Below are positions 19,276-28,300 of a DNA stretch of 62,160 bases, in pieces. The stretch is taken from assembly GCA_030650095.1 (NCBI GenBank), contig JAUSEE010000062.1, positions 1-62,160 on the forward strand. The letters run 5' to 3'. Source of the stretch: Candidatus Buchananbacteria bacterium. GTDB taxonomy: Bacteria; Patescibacteriota; Patescibacteriia; 2-01-FULL-39-33. Within the stretch, counting starts at the first letter, position 1, and every line of letters starts with the position of its first letter. Below the pieces are notes generated by a model. It ran no database searches. It was given only the letters and a program-made list of their open reading frames with translations, and was not told the DNA's origin. The translations under genes were made by a program, and so were the position numbers.

Positions 19276-19750
19276 CCTCTTGTTACTTTTTATTCTTGAA
19301 ACCTTTTGGCCGCAAAAGGTTTCCCCACTTTTTTAGAAAAAGTGGGACAAAAATCGCGACAATTGAAAGATTTATAGTCGAATTAAAAACTTCGCACCGC
19401 TAATCTTGTCATCCCGCACTTGTTGCGGGATCCCTGGGATCCCTGCCTACGCAGGGATGACAGTTCAAACATGCGGAAATTTGGCTCATCTACTATTCGC
19501 CAACATTCGCCTTCAGCTTGATTTTATGACGGCTCATCCATTAGGCTGGCAGATCTATCTATATATTATTAATAAAATAAGGCGAACACTAAAAAATATT
19601 GTGCTAATTTCTCTTACCAGCGAACGTTAAGAAGACAATATTCTGTCGCTGTTTTGATTATTGTCTTTAGTGAGCTGGGGAGAAATTGGCCATGATTTTT
19701 TACGTTCGCGAGCTTTTGGTTACTTTTGGCGGACCAAAAGTAACAAGAGG
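19276..19750. repeat. ~475-bp noncoding segment bounded by perfect 15-bp inverted repeats; a nest of palindromes that includes locus 2 of the structured module
   Basis: CCTCTTGTTACTTTT (19276-19290) is the exact reverse complement of AAAAGTAACAAGAGG (19736-19750). Inside are GTCATCCCGC...GCGGGAT-type palindromes and the module at 19591-19744. Confidence 0.55.
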
Positions 19751-19835
19751 CGTTATGCGTTAAATAAAAGGGATCCCTCCACTTCGGTCGGGATGACAGA
19801 AAGTAGGTTGGGATGACAAATAAATATTTATCTAT

Positions 19836-19864
19836 TTGACAAAATCAAGCCTATTTTATAAAAT
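19836..19864 (+). promoter_or_regulatory. Sigma70 promoter
   Basis: TTGACA (19836-19841), 17-nt spacer, TAAAAT (19859-19864). Confidence 0.65.
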
Positions 19865-19923
19865 AGATTATTGAATCAGCACCTTTTAAACGGCATAATT
19901 CCAACACCAGGGAGATAAAAATC

Positions 19924-20640
19924 ATGCCCAGCCTTAAACAATGGTTTACAAAAAAAGACAAACCGGAACCGGCTAGTATTCATCCCAAAAATAAAACCGC
20001 CAGTCAAAAGCCAACTAGAACGGAAATAAAAACAGAGCCAAGGCCAATAGAGCCAAGGCCCAAAAGCCCCGGCTTGAATCGGGAAGAAGCTGAAGATTTG
20101 GAAAAATTAGAATTTGAAAGTTCAGGCATTCCTTATGAGCTAGTTTTAGCCGCCAGGGCCAAGAAATTTACGGACATTAATCCCCGAAAAATAATCGAAG
20201 ACACTGATCTTATTAATTCTAAGTTATTTGACTTGGGTCTTAATATTAAAATAAACTATTTGGAATGCTTTGAAGCCCAGCTATTTTATTTAAATTACCA
20301 AAGGGAAAGAAATGCCAAAGCAGTTGAAGGCATCAATTGGCCCAATCACAACTTGATACATATTATTGCTTGGCGCGAAGCGGAAAAAATGATCAGGCAA
20401 AAATTCCAACTAGCTGAAAATCCAGCCGTTGGGGAATTGGCCAAAAGATTTCAAATAGAAGTTCAGAATTTGTTTAAGATCCTTTGGGACAAATCCCTTG
20501 ATCACCAATTAAGGCAACGAGCCCAAATACGCCTAAGACAAGAGAGAAAACTGCCCAACAATGAGCTCCTTTTGGATGTGGATGTCATCGCCATGATGCA
20601 AAAAATCAAGGCCGAACAAACTGCCAAAGAAAAAAAATAA
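19924..20640 (+). CDS. Hypothetical protein, 238 aa (Pro/Lys-rich N-terminus), orphan
   Basis: ORF with SD gggag upstream and its own promoter. No recognisable family. Confidence 0.65.
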   Translation: MPSLKQWFTKKDKPEPASIHPKNKTASQKPTRTEIKTEPRPIEPRPKSPGLNREEAEDLEKLEFESSGIPYELVLAARAKKFTDINPRKIIEDTDLINSKLFDLGLNIKINYLECFEAQLFYLNYQRERNAKAVEGINWPNHNLIHIIAWREAEKMIRQKFQLAENPAVGELAKRFQIEVQNLFKILWDKSLDHQLRQRAQIRLRQERKLPNNELLLDVDVIAMMQKIKAEQTAKEKK

Positions 20641-20679
20641 CGCAATCGATCATCGGTCTGCGTTATTTATTTTTTTAAA

Positions 20680-21714
20680 TTATTCTTCCTCGGCTCTCTT
20701 TTTCTTGACTTCTTCCCAGACTAATTTTTTTATTCCGGCAATAAGCTTGGGATTTTCCCTTAGATACCTTTTGGCATTTTCCCTGCCCACACCCAACTTT
20801 TCCTCGCCCAAAGAGTAAGAATTGCCATTTTTAGAAACTATGCCATAGACCACGCCCATATCTATCGTATCGCCGGAGATAGAAATGCCTTCATTATACA
20901 TAATATCAAACTCAGTGCTCTGGAAAGGAGCAGCTACTTTATTTTTAACGATTTTCACCTTAACCCGATTGCCGATATTCTTATCGCCCTGTTTTATTTG
21001 GGCGCTGCGCCTAACTTCTATTCTCACCGAGGAATAAAACTTCAAGGCCGTGCCACCGGTGGTAGTTTCCGGGTTGCCAAAAAAGACTCCTATTTTAAGT
21101 CTAATCTGATTGATAAAAATCAAAACCGTATTGCTTTTGGAAATAGCCGCGGTGAGCTTCCTTAAAGCCTGGCTCATTAACCGAGCTTGCAGTCCCATAT
21201 GAGAATCGCCCATGTCGCCTTCTATTTCCGCCTTTGGCACCAAGGCAGCCACGCTGTCCACTACAATAACATCAACCGCATTGGACCGGAGCAAAGTTTC
21301 CACTATCTCCAAGGCTTGTTCGCCGGTATCCGGCTGGGAAATAAACAAATCATTCACATTAACACCTATTTTTCTGGCATAATCCGGATCAAGCGCATGC
21401 TCGGCATCCACAAAAGCGGCGACACCGCCTGTTTTCTGCATCTCGGCCACTATATGCTGGGCCAAAGTCGTCTTGCCAGACGCTTCCGGACCGAATATTT
21501 CAACTATTCTGCCTCGAGGCACTCCCCCTACGCCTAAGGCGATATCCAAGGACAGACAACCGGTGGAAACAACTTCTACCTGCATAGCTCTGGATTCGCC
21601 AAATTTCATGATTGAGCCCTCACCGAATCTTTCCCTTATTTGATCAACGGCTAAACCGACAGCTTTTATCTTCTCGCTAACTTCTCCTCCATCCATATTG
21701 GCTTTTTTAGGCAT
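20680..21714 (-). CDS. recA: Recombinase A
   Basis: Walker [12 protein letters not shown] and full-length collinearity with RecA. Confidence 0.97.
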   Translation of the reverse strand: MPKKANMDGGEVSEKIKAVGLAVDQIRERFGEGSIMKFGESRAMQVEVVSTGCLSLDIALGVGGVPRGRIVEIFGPEASGKTTLAQHIVAEMQKTGGVAAFVDAEHALDPDYARKIGVNVNDLFISQPDTGEQALEIVETLLRSNAVDVIVVDSVAALVPKAEIEGDMGDSHMGLQARLMSQALRKLTAAISKSNTVLIFINQIRLKIGVFFGNPETTTGGTALKFYSSVRIEVRRSAQIKQGDKNIGNRVKVKIVKNKVAAPFQSTEFDIMYNEGISISGDTIDMGVVYGIVSKNGNSYSLGEEKLGVGRENAKRYLRENPKLIAGIKKLVWEEVKKKRAEEE

Positions 21715-21727
21715 AATTTATGTTAAT

Positions 21728-22366
21728 TTAGTCTTTAAATAATAATCTTATCTCCTGCTCTATGGTACGGCTGTACCTCTTCTTCGCACTTATTTTAATC
21801 AAATTCAAACCTTTTTGCAAATCAATGATAGTTTCAAAATTTCCACCATCATCCACGAATATTTCTTTATTGTTAATTATCAGTTCAACTTCTTTTTCCG
21901 ATCTGCCAGACAGTTCTATTTGCCTGGTGTTCACAATCAGGCCGTCATAAGGATAGTTTATTTCTAAAATCGGCGGAGAAAATATCTGCTCAACTTTTAA
22001 ACCTAAGAAAAACAACACAGCGCCAATAACAACTATTATCGACAACTTCCTAATCAATTTAGGCCAGGAAGTAAAATATTTATTTTCTACTTTTTTGTAT
22101 TTATTAAGGCTGTAAAAATTTTTATCATTTTTTAAAAGTTGCCATAAATTGGAAAAATCCAACTTTAAGTAAAGGCCATATTTTTTTAATATAGCTTTTA
22201 AATTTTTTTTATCCGGCAGATCCTTAAAATTATTGTGCTCCAAAGCTTCCAGATACCGAAAAGGGATATTAAGATCCTTGGCGGCTTCATCCAAATTTAT
22301 ATAGCGTTTATTTCTAGCTTCCGCCAGAATTTCGCCGAGAGTGCGAGGAGTTATTTTTCTAACCAT
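21728..22366 (-). CDS. RodZ-like protein (N-terminal XRE-type HTH, one TM helix, extracytoplasmic domain)
   Basis: LGEILAEARNKRYINLDEAAKDLNIPFRYLEALE, then a TM helix. This architecture is typical of RodZ. Confidence 0.65.
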   Translation of the reverse strand: MVRKITPRTLGEILAEARNKRYINLDEAAKDLNIPFRYLEALEHNNFKDLPDKKNLKAILKKYGLYLKLDFSNLWQLLKNDKNFYSLNKYKKVENKYFTSWPKLIRKLSIIVVIGAVLFFLGLKVEQIFSPPILEINYPYDGLIVNTRQIELSGRSEKEVELIINNKEIFVDDGGNFETIIDLQKGLNLIKISAKKRYSRTIEQEIRLLFKD

Positions 22367-22443
22367 AAAAGTTAATTAAGAAAAGAAGAAAGCAATAAAA
22401 TAACAAATTAAGACAATGGAAAACCAAGATGCTTTCTTATTTT

Positions 22444-22584
22444 TTATAATGTTGCTGCCCGAATACCCCTGGCTTTTAAGCCAGGGGATGAAGGGCAGTG
22501 TGAGAAGAAATATGTCGGCGGAGCCAACACCCTCCATTTGAAACCGCCCAGATACCCCGCTCTTTAGAGCGGGGTCGGGTTCAT
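22444..22584 (-). repeat. Structured repeat family, copy B (forward orientation on the minus strand)
   Basis: Full-length copy between the ftsK stop and the rodZ-like start. Carries substitutions that keep base pairing (see findings). Confidence 0.85.
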
Positions 22585-22601
22585 TTTTATTACTTTCTTA
22601 T

Positions 22602-25247
22602 TTAGGTCCATTCGTCTTCAGAAAAAACCTTTTTCTTTTTCGTTTCCGGCTTTTCGTCTTCTGTTTCAGTCTCATCTTCGTCTTCTATATCCTCTGGCTT
22701 ATCGTTATCTTTTTGATCATCGTCGTCACTTTCTTCAGCTTCATTTTCTTCTTCTGTCGCTGCTACTTCTTCCGTTACTTCTTCTGCCTCATCTTCACCG
22801 GTAATATCATTAATTTCCTCCTCTGATTCGCTTATTTCACTGTTATCTTCAGCTTCATCTAAATCATTTTTGCCGGATAAATCTTCTTCGCTACTGTCAT
22901 CCAAATCTTCGTCTTCGTCTTCTTCATCATCATAAAAACTATCATTTTGATTTTGTTCCAAGGGCCTTAACTCACCGGTTAAATCATGCTCGCGCGAGGC
23001 GAATTTAAGCGGATCAACTCCGCCCAATTTATCCAAAAAAACTTCTCTGGGCTTAGCGCCGTCAGGCGGGCCGATTACTCCTTGTTCCTCCAGCAAGTCC
23101 AATATTCTGGCCGCTCTGGCATAACCTATTTTTAATCTTCTCTGCAGTAGAGAAGCCGAGGCTTTGCCCGATTCCCTGATAATTTCTTTGGTCTCTCCTA
23201 AAAGGGCGTCGCCGCTGTCATTATAAAATCCTTTGCCGTCACTGCTGGAATAGCCAGACTGCCTTTCCACCACTTCCTCAATATAATCCGCTGGGCCCTG
23301 CTGCTTGATATAGTTTATTATATTGTGTGTTTCCCGGTCTGAAATAAATACACCCTGGATTCTTTTGGGCTTGCTGGTTTCCGGCCCGATATAAAGCATA
23401 TCGCCCCGGCCGACTAATTTTTCCGCTCCGGAGGTATCTAAGATTGTCCTGGAATCAATAAGCGAGGCCACGGAAAAAGCAATGCGAGCCGGAATATTGG
23501 CTTTAATCAAGCCGGTAATAACTTCCACCGATGGCCTTTGCGTGGCTAAAATCAAATGGATGCCAACGGCTCTGGACATTTGAGCCAATCTGATAATGCC
23601 GGCTTCCACGTCGTTGGCGGCCGTAGACATTAAATCGGCCAACTCATCAATGATAAAAATAATGTAGGGCAATTTATCAGAAGCGTTTCTATTATAAGCG
23701 GCGATATTCCTTTTACCGGCTCTGGATAAAATATCAAAGCGCCTTTCCATTTCCACGGTTGTCCATTTAAGAGCATTGATTGTTTTTTTAACATCAGTTA
23801 TAACCGGCGTTAAAAGATAAGGAATGCCATTGTAAACAGGCAGTTCTACTCGTTTGGGATCAACTAAAATAAATTTAAGTTCATCTGGACTGTTCTGATA
23901 AAGCAAGCTGGTGATAATGGAATTGATGCAAACTGATTTGCCGCTGCCGGTAGCGCCGGCTATTAAAAGATGAGGCATCCTGTCCAATTGGACCAGGTAA
24001 GGCTTGCCACTGACATCTTTGCCTAACACCATCATCAAATTGCTTTCCCGATTTTTAAACTGCGATCCGGCTAATATCTCGTTCATCGTAACCTTAGCCG
24101 CCATTTGATTGGGAATTTCTACACCCACCAGTGATCGGCCGGGTATGGGCGCTTCTATCCTAATGGGATGGGCCGCTAAAGCCAAGGCTAAATCGCTGTT
24201 TAAATTTATGATTTTGGATAATTTAACGCCATCGGCCGGACGAAAAGTATATTGGGTGACAGTCGGACCAATATTGACATCAGCCATATCAACTTCAATG
24301 CCAAAATTAGACAAGGTTTTTTTTATAATCTGCTGATTGGATTTAATATCACCGCTCGTGGGCTTGCCTGATTTGCTCACCAGTAACTCCAAGGGCAATT
24401 CTATTTTTTTGCCGAACTTTTTCGGTTTGATTATTTTAGAATCTTCTTCATCGTCAGCCTCCGATAAGCTGACGGCTTTTTTTTCAAATTGAGGCTCGGT
24501 ATAATCTTTGTCTGGTGTTTGATCTTCTTCTTTGGCTAGACTTTCATCTTCGGCTTCAATTTCATCTTCGTCTTCGTCTTCTTCTTCCTCGTAACCATTT
24601 GGCTCACGCTTATGCTGTTGGACTAAAGTGGAAATCTTATTGTAAATAAACTTAAATAATTTCACCGGCCACATCAAGCCATAAAGAGAAGTTTCAAAAG
24701 TTAAAAGCAAGCCGATGATAAAGACAGCCAAACAAACAACCAGAGTGCCCCAGAAACCCATAAGTTTCAAAAGAGGCCAAGACAAAATCAAGCCGCTATA
24801 ACCGCCGCCCAAACCCTGGCCGGCCGCGAAAACCGAGTTTTTTATATCAAACTGCAAATGCCATAAAGCTGTCAGCCCCAAAACTAAAAATACCGTTCCG
24901 GCATAATTTACTACCTTTATGCCATAGCTGTCTGAGCGGAGCATGAAATAAGCAAAAAGCAAGGCGACGACAGGGAAAAGCCATTTTAAAGCGCCCAACA
25001 TCCAAGAAATAATTTTAACTACCACTTGGCCGAAAGCGCCTGATAAATCAAAAAGGCCTAAAAAACTCAAGGCTGCTAAAACAAATAAAAAAATGATGAT
25101 AATGCCTTTTTTGGTTTCGTTGGATATGCTCCAATCCATGCCGAAACCACCCTCTGTGGACCTGGGGGTGGGATAATGCCTGTTTCTTATTTTCTTTCTG
25201 TTGAGTAATTTTTTTAAGACGGTATTGTTGCGGCGACGATAAGCCAT
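22602..25247 (-). CDS. ftsK: DNA translocase FtsK/SpoIIIE with a long acidic C-terminal tail
   Basis: N-terminal TM helices, Walker A GATGSGKS, gamma winged-helix LLQRRLKIGYARAARILDLLEEQGVIG, then about 170 aa rich in D/E. Confidence 0.93.
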   Translation of the reverse strand: MAYRRRNNTVLKKLLNRKKIRNRHYPTPRSTEGGFGMDWSISNETKKGIIIIFLFVLAALSFLGLFDLSGAFGQVVVKIISWMLGALKWLFPVVALLFAYFMLRSDSYGIKVVNYAGTVFLVLGLTALWHLQFDIKNSVFAAGQGLGGGYSGLILSWPLLKLMGFWGTLVVCLAVFIIGLLLTFETSLYGLMWPVKLFKFIYNKISTLVQQHKREPNGYEEEEDEDEDEIEAEDESLAKEEDQTPDKDYTEPQFEKKAVSLSEADDEEDSKIIKPKKFGKKIELPLELLVSKSGKPTSGDIKSNQQIIKKTLSNFGIEVDMADVNIGPTVTQYTFRPADGVKLSKIINLNSDLALALAAHPIRIEAPIPGRSLVGVEIPNQMAAKVTMNEILAGSQFKNRESNLMMVLGKDVSGKPYLVQLDRMPHLLIAGATGSGKSVCINSIITSLLYQNSPDELKFILVDPKRVELPVYNGIPYLLTPVITDVKKTINALKWTTVEMERRFDILSRAGKRNIAAYNRNASDKLPYIIFIIDELADLMSTAANDVEAGIIRLAQMSRAVGIHLILATQRPSVEVITGLIKANIPARIAFSVASLIDSRTILDTSGAEKLVGRGDMLYIGPETSKPKRIQGVFISDRETHNIINYIKQQGPADYIEEVVERQSGYSSSDGKGFYNDSGDALLGETKEIIRESGKASASLLQRRLKIGYARAARILDLLEEQGVIGPPDGAKPREVFLDKLGGVDPLKFASREHDLTGELRPLEQNQNDSFYDDEEDEDEDLDDSSEEDLSGKNDLDEAEDNSEISESEEEINDITGEDEAEEVTEEVAATEEENEAEESDDDDQKDNDKPEDIEDEDETETEDEKPETKKKKVFSEDEWT

Positions 25248-25343
25248 AAATCAAAAAATATCAATTATTACCTACTAATTGTAATATAAAAATCACTTTT
25301 TATAAAGGGAGTAAAAATCACCATAAATAGCTGAAACCAATGG

Positions 25344-28300
25344 TTAAATTACTGGTTCGGTAACAGGAGCCGGCTCTGGCGCAGGAGCTGGTGCCGGATC
25401 TGGTTCCGGTGTTGGTATTGGCTCTGGTGCTGGAGCCGGATCTGGTTCAGGCGCCGGCTCTGGTTCTGGAGCCGGTGTCGGTTCCGGTTCAGGCGTTGGA
25501 TTAGGCTCTGGTTCTGACGCTGGATTAGAATTTGGTTCCGGATTTGAAACAACCGGGTTGTAAGTACAGGAGCCGTCGTTTTCGGTGGCCGAGAGGTTAT
25601 AATTGTTAGCGCTTGGATCGGTACAACCCATAACGGCGCTGTCTCCGGCAACTTGTGGGGTAGGAGTATTTTCAATGGTTCCTTGGACGGCTAAAGATAG
25701 CCAATCAAAGGAGATGTCTTTATTAATGGTCGGGCTCATATTCAATCTGAAACCTTTGGCAGTTTTATCAGAAATCCAATAATTCTTGCTTTCCAAATTA
25801 TCAAGAGGCGTAACCACGATTCTAGGAGTGCCTAAATATTCAGTGGCAAAAATAATTTCTGTGCTGGTGGCAAAAGCGGGAATGGTAATGCCGCCAGCCT
25901 GATCCTTATTAACATAAATTTTGCCTTTGACATCTATATCGTTTTGGAAAGACACTTTAACCGCAAAATTAGCTTCGCCTAAAACAGTGATCGTGCCATA
26001 GAAAGTGGCGGCTTCTCTAACTACAAGTTCATCTTGCGTTTGATAATTGTTGTTCACAGCCAACAGGCCTACTTGGGCATCCAATTCCTTGACGGCGGCC
26101 ATAGTGATGCCGATCCAATCCATTGAATTTATTCCTTGATCTTCGCCAATATCGAAATATTGATTGATGTAATCCACGAAGGGAGAAATGTGCCGTCTCT
26201 GATCGTCGGCGTATCTATTTGCTCCATCGACTACTTCATTCTTATACTGCCACTCATAAAGTGGCATAGCCCGCAATTTCTCAAGATAGCCGACGGGTTG
26301 AGTCCAATTATCCTTATACCAACTGTATGAAGGAGCATCTGTCCAAACTCCAGCCGTAGTCAAGCGAGCGCTAGAATCGTCCCAAATTGGCCAAGTGGTA
26401 CCGGTAGTGCCAATGCTTATGCCGTAACCTGTTTGCGAGGCAAGTCCGAATCCAACCACACCCGATGTGTTTAATGTTGTAACTCCGCTAACAGCTCCAC
26501 TAGTCACATCCCAACTGCTGCTATTTATATTCACTATATCTCCTCCATCACCGATAGTCAGTGTGGAATTTGTCGTCCATGTGCCATTAACAGTGTTGCT
26601 TGATAGTGTTCCGCCACTGACAGTAATAGTATCATCAACTTCAGCATTAGAAACAACAGAGCTTCCTGCAACTAAATTTGACGCTGTCAAAGTATCAGAA
26701 ACTTGAGCATCAGCTATTTCTCCCGTTGAAAAAAAGCTAGTGGCACTATCGCCCGTTAAAGCGGCACCTGCTTCGGCATCACCAGCGGCGTAATTATTTG
26801 TTGTGTCGGTGCCTAATGCCACGGAGTTGAGGGCAATAGTAGCGACAACCGAACCAGGACCGGAAGCAGTAACATCGCCAGTCAAGGCAGTAATATAATT
26901 TCCCGTGGCTTGTTTGGCATTTAATTGTGTTTGAATGGCCGAAGTGACACCATCGACATAATTCAACTCCGTGCCGGTCGGCAAGACTGAAACTCCGCCG
27001 AGAGTAAAGGGGGTGGCCATAGTAAATGTTCCATCAACGCTTAAAGTTCCGCCATAATGTCCGTTGCCTTTGGTGAATAATCCAGAAGTGGAAGACGCCC
27101 AACCCCCAACTGTTAAATTACCAGAAGTGGTGGCGTTCCTGCCTACATACAAATCACCAGCGCCAATGGTAGAGCCAAAGGTACTAATGACATCTGTAGT
27201 ACCAATATTGAGCCAGTTGGAAGTGGTGGCAGTGTTGACCACGAGATTAGTGATAGTGGAAGAAGCCGTGTTAACCAAGATGCCTCTGGTGGAAGTAGGA
27301 GATAGAGCCGTCGCATCAAAGGCGTACCAAGCGCCGGATTGACCGCCAGTAACCGTCAGAGCCCCGCCTGATATAGTCAAACCTAAACCAGTCAGATCAG
27401 TAAAGTATTCGCTGTTAACACCCAGGCCGGTGGTGTAGAAATTAGTGGTAGTGGCACTACCATCAATAGTCAAGTTGCCTCCGTAGTGACCAGAACCTTG
27501 AGTAAAGAGTCCCAGAGTGGTGGACGCCCAACCTAGAACAGTTAAGTTGCCTGAAGTGGTGGCGTTTCGTCCCACATACAAATCTCCTGCTCCAATGGTA
27601 GAGCCAAAGGTACTAATGACATCAGTCGTGCCGATATTAAGCCAACCCGAGGAAGTGGCGTTGCCATCAACACTTAAACTGCCTCCATAGTGACCAGAAC
27701 TTTGGGTAAAGAGTCCTAAAGTTGTGGAGGCGTAGCCGCCAAAAATACCATTATTTTGTATATTTAAATTTCCCGCGGAAAATAATGCGTCAGTCGGAGC
27801 CGTGCCAATAGTCAAATACCCCGTTGAAGTGGCGTTGCCGGTATTTGTTAGGCCATTAACATCAAGCATTCCACTCATATTTAAATCATCCGAAAGAGTG
27901 AAATTGCCCTGGCTTACGCCCAACGCGCCGGCATTATTCCAACCGAAACTTTCTCCACCGGCATCGAAATAAATTTTATCATCGTCGGAATTTGAAGTTT
28001 GGCCTATAAATAAATCTTCACCCACATACATGAAATTAGTGGTTGTGGCATTTCTGCCCACATACAAATCTCCTGCTCCAATATTAGCGCCAAAAGTGCT
28101 AATAACATCTGTCGTGCCGATGTTGAGCCAGTTGGAAGTGGTAGCGGTATTGACGACGAGATTAGTAATGGTGGAAGAAGCCGTGTTGACTAAGATGCCT
28201 CTGGTGGAAGTAGGAGATAGAGCCGTAGCGTCAAAGGCATACCAAGCGCCGGAAGCGCCAATATTGGCTACAGTCAAAGCGCCTCCGCTGATAGCTAAAC

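Noticed and set aside
25349-25675. 108-aa ORF overlapping the 3' end of the giant gene, and many plus-strand ORFs inside rpoB, rpoC, ileS, uvrA and the giant gene.
   Set aside because: These are alternative-frame or antisense shadow ORFs within long, clearly conserved genes, with biased low-complexity translations and no start signals.
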